DNA from: Nitrospira sp.
GTDB lineage: Bacteria; Nitrospirota; Nitrospiria; Nitrospirales; Nitrospiraceae
Length of the DNA stretch: 64,000 nucleotides
Assembly (NCBI GenBank): GCA_023248215.1
Contig: JAHFEW010000008.1
Location: 723 to 64,722, forward strand
Reading direction: 5' to 3'
In this document: piece after piece, positions 8,505 through 16,377 of the stretch
How the letters are laid out: every line of letters begins with the position of its first letter
How positions within the stretch are numbered: position 1 is the stretch's first letter
The notes under the pieces: generated by a model
What the model was told of the DNA's origin: nothing
Seen by the model: only the letters and a program-made list of their open reading frames with translations
Databases searched by the model: none
Made by a program: the position numbers and the translations under genes

Positions 8505-10232
8505 TCAAAACAAGAAATACCGTTGGGCCATCGGCAACACCACCATCGGATCGCACTTCAAGATCTGTCCATCTGCTTTCACTACATACGTTTCCGGATC
8601 GACTTCCATGTGCGGCAGCGCATCGTTCAACTTCATGTCCCGCTTGCCAATCCCACGGCATTTCTTCACCGCCGCAACGCGCTTCTGCAATCCCAGATGT
8701 TTCGGCACCTCCCGCTCCAAAGCTTTCTGAGAGAGAAAGGTCAGGCTCGTGGCGAAGGGCGCACGGCCGAAGCTTCCAAACATGGGTCTTGTCAGTACCG
8801 GTTGCGGCGTCGGTATCGAGGCATTGGGATCCCCCATCGCCGCCGACATGGGGAAGCCGCCTTTGATAACTATTTCAGGCTTCACCCCGAAGAAGGCTGG
8901 TTTCCACAGCACAAGATCCGCCAGCTTGCCGACTTCAACCGAACCCACTTCGTGGGCAACCCCATGCGCAATGGCAGGATTGATCGTGTACTTCGCTACA
9001 TAACGTCGGGCGCGCCAGTTATCATGCCGGCCATCCTGCTTGTCGAGGCCGCGCTCCGACAAATGCCCCCGCTGTAGTTTCATTTTATGGGCGGTTTGCC
9101 AGGTGCGGATAATGACTTCGCCGACTCGTCCCATCGCCTGTGAATCGGATGACATGATGCTGATCGCACCCATGTCGTGCAGAATGTCCTCAGCCGCGAT
9201 CGTTTCACAACGGATACGTGATTCGGCAAAGGCGATGTCTTCAGGCACGCGCGGATTCAAGTGGTGGCACACCATCAGCATGTCGAGGTGCTCATCCATC
9301 GTATTGACCGTGAACGGCATGGTGGGATTCGTCGAGGAGGGCAACACGTTGGGTTCGCCGCAGACCTTGATGATGTCCGGGGCATGGCCACCGCCGGCGC
9401 CTTCAGTGTGGAACGAGTGGATCGTCCGGCCCTTGAACGCCTTGATCGTGTCCTCCACAAACCCCACTTCGTTGATCGTATCGGTATGGATCGCCACCTG
9501 AACATCGTGTCGCTCCGCCACACTCAGGCAGGTATCGATGGCGGCCGGCGTCGTGCCCCAATCTTCATGCAGCTTCAGCCCTATGGCGCCGGCTTCGATC
9601 TGCTCATCTAATCCATCCGGCAAAGACGAATTGCCTTTGCCGAGGAATCCCAAATTGACCGGAAAGCCATCGGCTGCCTCCAGCATCCGATGGATATTCC
9701 AGGGCCCCGGCGTACAGGTCGTGGCGTTCGTTCCGGTCGCTGGCCCCGTGCCACCGCCGATGAGAGTCGTCAGTCCGTTGGCCAGCGCCTCGGTGATGAT
9801 CTGCGGACAAATGAAGTGGATGTGCGTATCAATCCCGCCGGCCGTGATGATTTTTCCCTCAGCCGACAACACCTCCGTGCAAGGTCCGATCTCCATGCCC
9901 TTCGTGACACCGTCCATCAGATCGGGATTCCCGGATTTGCCGATCCCGGCAATCCGTCCGTCACGAATCCCGATGTCGGCCTTCACGACACCCCACCAGT
10001 CGATGATGACGGCATTGGCGATGACCAAGTCGAGTGCGCCCTTTGCCCTCGTGGCAGTCGGCGACTGTCCCATGCCGTCGCGAATCACTTTCCCACCGCC
10101 GAACTTGGCCTCCTCGCCAGGGACAGTCAGATCGCGCGTGATTTCTACCAGCAGATCCGTATCGGCAAGCCTGATGCGGTCACCAGAGGTGGGACCGTAG
10201 AGGTCGGCGTATTGTCTCCGCGGAATTTTCAT
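8505..10232 (-). CDS. ureC: Urease alpha (catalytic) subunit
   Basis: UreC sequence throughout ([25 protein letters not shown]..., [16 protein letters not shown]). The ORF-track start at 10241 is a GTG. The ATG at 10232, preceded by AGGGTGGGG, is preferred. Confidence 0.95.
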   Translation of the reverse strand: MKIPRRQYADLYGPTSGDRIRLADTDLLVEITRDLTVPGEEAKFGGGKVIRDGMGQSPTATRAKGALDLVIANAVIIDWWGVVKADIGIRDGRIAGIGKSGNPDLMDGVTKGMEIGPCTEVLSAEGKIITAGGIDTHIHFICPQIITEALANGLTTLIGGGTGPATGTNATTCTPGPWNIHRMLEAADGFPVNLGFLGKGNSSLPDGLDEQIEAGAIGLKLHEDWGTTPAAIDTCLSVAERHDVQVAIHTDTINEVGFVEDTIKAFKGRTIHSFHTEGAGGGHAPDIIKVCGEPNVLPSSTNPTMPFTVNTMDEHLDMLMVCHHLNPRVPEDIAFAESRIRCETIAAEDILHDMGAISIMSSDSQAMGRVGEVIIRTWQTAHKMKLQRGHLSERGLDKQDGRHDNWRARRYVAKYTINPAIAHGVAHEVGSVEVGKLADLVLWKPAFFGVKPEIVIKGGFPMSAAMGDPNASIPTPQPVLTRPMFGSFGRAPFATSLTFLSQKALEREVPKHLGLQKRVAAVKKCRGIGKRDMKLNDALPHMEVDPETYVVKADGQILKCDPMVVLPMAQRYFLF

Positions 10233-10442
10233 TTTCCCCACCCTCTTAGAGCATTGGAGCAGCGGGCCTTCTTGTCCCTACTGCGCGCATGGGACGAGCA
10301 CTGTCTTATCGTGCGCATTCTGCGAGGTGCGCGATGCGAGGAATAACGAGCGTCACGTCTGCGCACGCCGGCGAGCCGGTGAGCCGGCCGTGTCACAAGT
10401 TATGTTCCAGTAGCCTAATTCGCATGTTACAAGAGTGAGCGA

Positions 10443-10910
10443 TCAGCCCAAAGTTTGTTTTCCAAACCCTCGTTTCGCAGCTGACGCCAAAGCTCGTTCA
10501 CGCACTTCCGGATCGTCCAGCTTGCCGTTCACCAGGCCATTGATCCCATAGGCCACACGGTTGCCGCCTAATGCCACCAGCCTGACCCGCTTCGCTTCAC
10601 CAGGCTCGAACCGCACGGCGGTCCCGGCCGGCACTCGCAGGCGAAACCCATAGCTCTTCTCACGATCGAACTTCAGTGCACGATTAGCCTCGAAGAAATG
10701 ACAATGCGACCCCACCTGAATCGGCCGATCACCGGTGTTGGACACGGTCATTTCGAGAGTCTGCCGGCCATGCAGGGCGATAATGTCCCCCTCACTGAGG
10801 ATGATTTCGCCGGGAATGATGGGTACCGGCTTTAGTACACCGCGCTTACTGGTTGCGGGGGCCGTCTTTGACCGAGACTTCTTCACAACAGCCTTAAATT
10901 TCTTCTTCAT
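10443..10910 (-). CDS. ureB: Urease beta subunit with basic N-terminal and C-terminal extensions
   Basis: The core [13 protein letters not shown]...[24 protein letters not shown] is UreB. It is preceded by about 30 Lys-rich residues ([24 protein letters not shown]) and followed by about 25 extra residues. Confidence 0.9.
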   Translation of the reverse strand: MKKKFKAVVKKSRSKTAPATSKRGVLKPVPIIPGEIILSEGDIIALHGRQTLEMTVSNTGDRPIQVGSHCHFFEANRALKFDREKSYGFRLRVPAGTAVRFEPGEAKRVRLVALGGNRVAYGINGLVNGKLDDPEVRERALASAAKRGFGKQTLG

Positions 10911-10918
10911 CCAATCAC

Positions 10919-11221
10919 CTATCGGATCGGCTCATGAACGGTCACCAGCTTCGTACCATCCGGGAACGTCCCTTCGACCTGAAGTTCCGGAATCATTTCC
11001 GGCACGCCGGACATGACGTCGTTGCGAGTGAGCAGCGTGGCACCATAACTCATCAGTTCCGACACCGACTTGCCATCGCGAATGCCTTCCAGAATCTCGG
11101 CAGTGATGAACGCAACGGATTCGGGGTGGTTGAGTTTTAAGCCACGACCCTTGCGCTCCTTGGCCAGATTCGCCGCCACATAGATCAACAGCTTTTCCTG
11201 CTCACGCGGTGTCAGATGCAT
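10919..11221 (-). CDS. ureA: Urease gamma subunit
   Basis: 100 aa. [34 protein letters not shown] is the classic UreA N-terminus. Confidence 0.95.
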   Translation of the reverse strand: MHLTPREQEKLLIYVAANLAKERKGRGLKLNHPESVAFITAEILEGIRDGKSVSELMSYGATLLTRNDVMSGVPEMIPELQVEGTFPDGTKLVTVHEPIR

Positions 11222-11247
11222 ATCCGGACCTCGTCAAACCTCATTCG

Positions 11248-11652
11248 TTACTCGTTCTTCAAAACTGTCGCCGATCCAGCCAAGACTTCCTCCGCATCAT
11301 AGAGATCGTCCGCACCGACTGGCATTTGACCTCGATACATCGTCACCGTCATCGAGGTTCGACGCGAGAGTGCCAGCGCGTCGGCCCGTTGCGCCAGATG
11401 AAAGAAATCGTAACCTTCCCGCAACGTCAATTCTGCGCAGCGCCGCCGCAAGTAGGTATCCAACTGTTCCTGCGACGTAAACGAACTGACCCGGTACTCG
11501 ACGCGATAGACATTCTCCCTGAGCTGCTCCACCTCGTCCTTCTCCGCCCCCGCCAGGGGAGTATAATTTCTGGTTGCACAAGCGCTGAGGGAAATGATGA
11601 GGCCTGCGATGGCAATGCCGTAGATCCACCTACCCTTCCTGGACATCCCCAA
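11248..11652 (-). CDS. Small lipoprotein of unknown function, first gene ahead of ureA
   Basis: 134 aa. Signal peptide with lipobox (IAGLIISLSAC). It ends 26 nt upstream of the ureA start on the same strand. Confidence 0.6.
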   Translation of the reverse strand: MGMSRKGRWIYGIAIAGLIISLSACATRNYTPLAGAEKDEVEQLRENVYRVEYRVSSFTSQEQLDTYLRRRCAELTLREGYDFFHLAQRADALALSRRTSMTVTMYRGQMPVGADDLYDAEEVLAGSATVLKNE

Positions 11653-11865
11653 CCTCGCTCAATTCTTTTCTCGCATGCTCCCGCTCCCGTCACCCCGCAG
11701 TAGGGCGCAGAGAGAGCATAGTAGCCAGACCAGGGAATCAGTTCAACAGCCGCGCTTCTCTCCCTTTACCGCTTCCATAGATAAGACCGTCAACAACCAG
11801 AAGGTGGGAGTGGTCTGGATAGCACATAACCAGAAACTCCTTCATTACTATCCCTGTTTCCACAA

Positions 11866-11982
11866 GGGGGTAGCCAGGCCGTCCTTCCCTGCTCCCATCG
11901 ACCGAGCACCGCCCCCACCATACAAATCAAGCAAACTCTTGGTGCGGGGTCTGGGAGCAAGAAGGACGGTCTGGCTACCCCC
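11866..11982. repeat. 117-bp imperfect palindrome (about 30-nt inverted arms), MITE/REP-like element or large hairpin
   Basis: The left arm GGGGGTAGCCAGGCCGTCCTTCCCTGCTCCC (11866-11896) pairs with the right arm GGGAGCAAGAAGGACGGTCTGGCTACCCCC (11953-11982). Pairing is 17 bp (one G-T), a small internal loop, then 7 bp. The 56-nt centre is itself partly self-complementary. Confidence 0.7.
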
Positions 11983-12042
11983 GCCGCCGCCCCTTCTGAG
12001 GCCGCGCGTTGCACGAGCAAGGAGGCACCCCGACGACACTCC

Positions 12043-12651
12043 CTACACGACTAAATACTGCCTTACCTGCTCCGCACTCAACTCTGTACTCCTACCCGCT
12101 GCCACCACCGCCCCTTTGGCCATCACCACATAGCTGTCCGCCAGCCTTGCCGCAAAATGCAGGCCCTGCTCGACCAACCGCAGGCGGGGTGAGAGACTCC
12201 CTGTATTGTCGGTCTGGCTGTAGTAGAAGTCCGCTTCCACGACACCGGTGAGCGTGTGTTTCCCATCGGTCCGGTCCGCACGAAGCCCGAAGACACTGAA
12301 ACGAGGATTGGGGGTTGAGGAGGCATTGCTGCTTTTGCAGGCGGTTGTTGCATAGCCGTTGAACTGACCGGGGTCGAGCGGATTCGTATTTCTGTTGCTG
12401 TAAATGGCATCCAATTCGATGCGGCCATACGGGACGCTGCCCCTGCCCTCGCCCGCGAAGGTGGGAGTGACACAGCCCCCGCAAATCACCGCGGCCGAGG
12501 TCTCCACTTCCCGGCTTAGACGACCAGCTCCCGCCGCCTCTCCGGCACTCTGCTCCTCTGCACCGACCGGAGTCGTGGCGGCGACGATCATCATCCCGAT
12601 CACACCGAGGACGATTCCTCCTGACATTCGTGCATTCATCCTGATAGCCAT
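12043..12651 (-). pseudogene. Chimeric ORF: porin-like signal-peptide N-terminus fused to the C-terminal tail of a UrtE/LivF-type ABC ATPase (probable deletion scar)
   Basis: aa 1-150 hold a signal-like segment and porin-like strands (GRIELDAIYSNRNTN, RFSVFGLRADRTDGKHTLTGVVEADFYY). aa 158-202 read LVEQGLHFAARLADSYVVMAKGAVVAAGRSTELSAEQVRQYLVV, which resembles the last ~45 residues of UrtE/LivF. There are no Walker or signature motifs. The junction is near 12170-12200. Confidence 0.5.
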
Positions 12652-12901
12652 CCCGGTTAGGAACGATTCGAATGAAACAGACCGGAGGAGCCATTACGCA
12701 AAAATGCCCTTCCGGTCCAACCATCGGACCAAAAGGACGTCGTTGCCCTGACCCGTAACGCACGCAGGTGGGGTGTCTACGCGTCCGAACGCGCTCCTGT
12801 CAAGCGAGACTCATGAGTCGTTCTTCACCCTCCCACGATTTTCTCTGTGATACACTAGGTCCTCGTCGCGCGCTGACCCTGCAAAGAAGGAACCATTTCG
12901 C

Positions 12902-13864
12902 ATGCACTGCTGTCGAACCGCCGCCCTTGTCTTGGCCTTGGTTCTGCTGGCCGCAGGCTGCACGACCGGTGCGCAAGTCGACGTGCTCGTCCGCGAATCC
13001 GCGCAAGGCACGGTCTACCTGGATCGAATTCCCGATCGCCAATTCCAGGCAACCCATCCCATTCGACTTGACCAGACTGTGATTGCGCGCAGCTTACAGG
13101 GCATGCTGATTCGTGAAGAAACCGGGCTCCTGCGAGCCCTGGCTGCAAATCAGAAGCCGACGGTACCCGTCTTTTCAGGAACTGAAGTCGCCTTTCTCGC
13201 TCCCGCTATTGCAGAAGGGTTGAGGCAGGCGGCCGCAGATCAACAGGTGGGTTTTCGGCTGATCCAGGGAAGTGAAGGCGGATACCGAGAGCGGGCGGGC
13301 GCGGCAGTCGGCTCCTCGGAGCCACCACTCCAACTCTCACCCAAAGAAACCACGACCGGCCATGTCTTCGCCTACGGCCGTTCACTCTACATCTCTCTGA
13401 CCGAGTACCGGCAGCGGCGGGACGATCCTGACACGATCAACATGCCGAATCGCCGCCTTCCACAGCCGAACGGACTCCTCAATCGTCACGTCTGGTTCGT
13501 TCCCGCGGAAGCCCTGCGTCCTGATCAGTTCACACCAGCCTTCGCCGATGACCCAACCCACGTCCTTACTATCGACTATGACGCGCTGGCAAGACTGCCC
13601 GCCCCATCACCCCCTGCGACGCTGACGGGGCTCTCACCAGAGAGTCCAAAGCCGTCTCCGACCCTGCATCCAGCTCGGCCGGCGGAGACCGATACCGACC
13701 GTCGGGCCATCAGGGAAGACCTGAAAAAGAAAGATTCGGAAGTCGAGGCACTGCGGAAGGAACTCCAGGAAATCAAACGGCAACTGGGCGAGCAGCAAAC
13801 CAACCGGGGCGGTGCGCCCTCACAAAAACCACTTCCTGTACGGCCTGCGGAACGCACGCCGTAA
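12902..13864 (+). CDS. Coiled-coil lipoprotein of unknown function (paralog of 1..726)
   Basis: 320 aa. Signal peptide plus Cys (ALVLALVLLAAGC). The central domain and C-terminal heptad segment are homologous to the 1..726 product. Confidence 0.65.
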   Translation: MHCCRTAALVLALVLLAAGCTTGAQVDVLVRESAQGTVYLDRIPDRQFQATHPIRLDQTVIARSLQGMLIREETGLLRALAANQKPTVPVFSGTEVAFLAPAIAEGLRQAAADQQVGFRLIQGSEGGYRERAGAAVGSSEPPLQLSPKETTTGHVFAYGRSLYISLTEYRQRRDDPDTINMPNRRLPQPNGLLNRHVWFVPAEALRPDQFTPAFADDPTHVLTIDYDALARLPAPSPPATLTGLSPESPKPSPTLHPARPAETDTDRRAIREDLKKKDSEVEALRKELQEIKRQLGEQQTNRGGAPSQKPLPVRPAERTP

Positions 13865-13868
13865 TACG

Positions 13869-15128
13869 CTATCCCCTATTTTTGTCGGCCCGATCTTCAA
13901 TCTCACCGGCCAGTAGAATGGCTTCCGCAATCTCTCGCATGGACTTGCGAAGGTCCATGCTTTGTCGCTGAATCAGCTTGAAGGCGTCCTCTTCCGACAG
14001 CCGCCTCGACCGCATTAAGTATCCTTTCGCCCGGTCAAGAAGCTTGCGGACTTGCAACGCTTCCTGCATCTCAAACGACTTCTCCAGCAAGGTCGTGTGC
14101 TCAATGGAAATCGCAGCCTGATTGGCGATGGCCTGCATCAGCTTTACGTCCTCGGCCGTAAAGGTATGCGGCTTGGAGGTGTAGGTGTTAATAACCCCAA
14201 TGGCTTTCTCCCGCACCAGCATCGGCACGCACAGGAGAGAACACAGCCCTTCCTTCGCAGCCATATCGGGATACATGTAGGTACTGTCTTTCGTGACGTC
14301 CGGCACGATGATCGGCCGACGATCCTGAACGACGCGCCCGCTGATGCTCTGACCGATCTTCACATTGGGCTTACGCCGGTACTGTTCGCTCAAACTTTGC
14401 GTGGCTGCGATGCGAAGTTCGCCCGTCGCCTGGTCCAACAAGATGATGGAACAAATCTTCGACCCCATCATTTGCGCCGTCATTGTCACAATCAATTGCA
14501 ACACATCCTCGATCAATCGATTCGACGACACGGTTTCCGACACCTGCGACAGCGTGTCGAGTTGCAGGGCCTTGCGTGTCATCTGATCGTACAGCCGGGC
14601 GTTCTCAATGGCCCCACCCACCTGCGTGGCAATCGTCGAGAGCAATGCCAGCTCGTCCGAGCGATACCGACGGGACCGCTTATGCTGCACGTTGATGACG
14701 CCGACAACTTCCTGCTTGGTCATGATAGGCACCGAGACAAACGCCTGGTAGCGGTCTTCCGGGAGGTTGTGAAAAAATTTGAACCGCGAATCATCGCTCG
14801 CGCTATTTGGAATCACCACACGGGTCCGTTCCCTGGCCACCCAGCCGGTGATCCCTTCGCCCAATCCGATGGTAATGCGGCCGATCAGTTTGGGGTGAGG
14901 GTTCTTCGAGGCCCGCAGAATAAGTTCGTCCCTGCCGTCGGAGATAAGATACAGCAGACAGGCATCGGCCTTGGTCACTTCCACGACCATATCGACGATA
15001 TGTCGAAGCACCGACTCCAGGTCGAGGGTATTGCTGATCGACTCGCTGATGCGATGCAGGACATCGACCTCGCGTGTTTTTTCGCGCAGGGCCTGTTCCA
15101 ACTGGGTGACCGTCCGCTTCGCTGCCAT
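13869..15128 (-). CDS. GAF-GAF-ANTAR RNA-binding antiterminator-type regulator
   Basis: There are two GAF-like repeats (ISESISNTLDLESVL..., VSETVSSNRLIEDVL...). A C-terminal ANTAR-like helix bundle follows (LQVRKLLDRAKGYLMRSRRLSEEDAFKLIQRQSMDLRKSMREIAEAIL). The ATG at 15128 (MAAKRTV) is preferred over the ORF-track start at 15200, which overlaps aroB. Confidence 0.8.
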   Translation of the reverse strand: MAAKRTVTQLEQALREKTREVDVLHRISESISNTLDLESVLRHIVDMVVEVTKADACLLYLISDGRDELILRASKNPHPKLIGRITIGLGEGITGWVARERTRVVIPNSASDDSRFKFFHNLPEDRYQAFVSVPIMTKQEVVGVINVQHKRSRRYRSDELALLSTIATQVGGAIENARLYDQMTRKALQLDTLSQVSETVSSNRLIEDVLQLIVTMTAQMMGSKICSIILLDQATGELRIAATQSLSEQYRRKPNVKIGQSISGRVVQDRRPIIVPDVTKDSTYMYPDMAAKEGLCSLLCVPMLVREKAIGVINTYTSKPHTFTAEDVKLMQAIANQAAISIEHTTLLEKSFEMQEALQVRKLLDRAKGYLMRSRRLSEEDAFKLIQRQSMDLRKSMREIAEAILLAGEIEDRADKNRG

Positions 15129-15135
15129 TACTCTC

Positions 15136-16272
15136 CTACCGAGAACGTCCCTTGTTTGTAGCGGCTTTCCCACGCAGCGCTTCACGAACGCGGACCGCAT
15201 CGAACCATGCGCGGGTTCCGTCCTTCTCTAAGGGAATGATTCGTACCGACCCGATCCGTTCGGGCACCACACAATACACGGTCCCCGCCGACACTTTCTT
15301 GTCTTGCTGCATAGCGCTCCACAGTGCGCTGAATGTGGCGCTGGGCAAGCGCGTCGGCAAGCCGGCCGCCTTGACCAACGCACGCAGACGGGTGACCACG
15401 TCTTCGCCGCAAAGCCCCAGGTGCCTCGCCAAATCCGCTTCATATACCATCCCAATCGCCACTGCCTCACCGTGAATCAATCCGCGGTATCCCCCCAACG
15501 ATTCCAGCGCGTGGCCGATGGTGTGACCGAAATTCAGAATTCGACGCCGATCCGCTTCACGCTCGTCCTCGGAAACGACCTGCGCCTTGATTTCACACGA
15601 CCGTTCCACGATCTGCGCGACAGGTTCATCGTCCAGCTTCAAGATCGGCTCAATGTGTTGTTCCAAATACTCAAAGAACGCCTCATCTGCAATGACCCCG
15701 TATTTGATGACTTCCGCCAGCCCCGCTTTCCATTCGCGCGGCGGCAAGGTGGTGAGTGTCACAGGATCAATCAGGACGGCCAGAGGCTGGTTGAACGCGC
15801 CGATCAGATTCTTTCCCTTTGGGTGATCCACACCCGTCTTCCCGCCGACACTGGAATCGACCTGGGCCACCAAACTGGTCGGAACCTGCACGAAGGGAAT
15901 CCCGCGTTGGTAGATCGCTGCCGCGAATCCCGTCAGATCGCCGATCACACCGCCACCCAGTGCCAGCAACGTCGAGGTGCGTTCAAATCTGGCGTCCACC
16001 AATGCATCCATGATCGTCGTAATGGAGCGAAGGGTTTTCGTCCGTTCCCCAGGAACAAGCACGATCGGGACGACCGTATAACCGGCCGTCTTCAATACAC
16101 GACTCACCCGCTTGAGATAGCGCCCGGCAAGATTTCGGTCGGTGACCACCCCCACCTTGCCGGCACACCCGAGCCGCGCCAGCTCTTCTCCAATGGACTC
16201 CAACAGATTGCGCCGAATGAGGATGGCGTAGCTCCGAGCTCCGAGTTCTACATGAATGGTCTGTTGAGGCAT
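15136..16272 (-). CDS. aroB: 3-dehydroquinate synthase
   Basis: AroB motifs are present (GGGVIGDLTGFAAAIYQRGIPFVQVPTSLVAQVDSSVGGKTGV). The ORF track extends to a GTG at 16332. The ATG at 16272 (MPQQTIHVELGARSY) fits the usual N-terminus. The start is uncertain. Confidence 0.9.
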   Translation of the reverse strand: MPQQTIHVELGARSYAILIRRNLLESIGEELARLGCAGKVGVVTDRNLAGRYLKRVSRVLKTAGYTVVPIVLVPGERTKTLRSITTIMDALVDARFERTSTLLALGGGVIGDLTGFAAAIYQRGIPFVQVPTSLVAQVDSSVGGKTGVDHPKGKNLIGAFNQPLAVLIDPVTLTTLPPREWKAGLAEVIKYGVIADEAFFEYLEQHIEPILKLDDEPVAQIVERSCEIKAQVVSEDEREADRRRILNFGHTIGHALESLGGYRGLIHGEAVAIGMVYEADLARHLGLCGEDVVTRLRALVKAAGLPTRLPSATFSALWSAMQQDKKVSAGTVYCVVPERIGSVRIIPLEKDGTRAWFDAVRVREALRGKAATNKGRSR

Positions 16273-16377
16273 GTCGGTATAAGGGGCTGTCATAAGGAAC
16301 GAAGCAGAGGGTCGGCTTGGGTCCCCCTCCACTCGGAGGAGGCGCGGAGAATGTTCACTGTGCGCATGTAACAGGAC

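Noticed and set aside
11861-11877. A sigma-54-like TGGCTACCCCCTTGTG on the minus strand upstream of the ure-leading lipoprotein gene.
   Set aside because: The -12 element is GT rather than GC. The match lies inside one arm of the 117-bp palindrome, which explains the sequence better.
12092-12763. A 223-aa minus-strand ORF overlapping the porin/UrtE chimera in another frame.
   Set aside because: It is Arg/Gly/Cys-rich nonsense with no signal or motif. The overlapping frame carries the recognisable porin-like and UrtE-like segments.
14052-16371. Long plus-strand ORFs (369 aa at 14052..15161, 355 aa at 15304..16371). Similar long antisense ORFs occur opposite nirBD, ureC, tuf, fusA, rpoB and rpoC (e.g. 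54587..55765, 43270..44250, 45341..46294).
   Set aside because: They lie antisense to genes with unmistakable homology. Their composition is Arg/His/Gln/Leu/Pro-rich and low in complexity, typical of the reverse frame of GC-rich coding sequence. None has a recognisable motif or start context.
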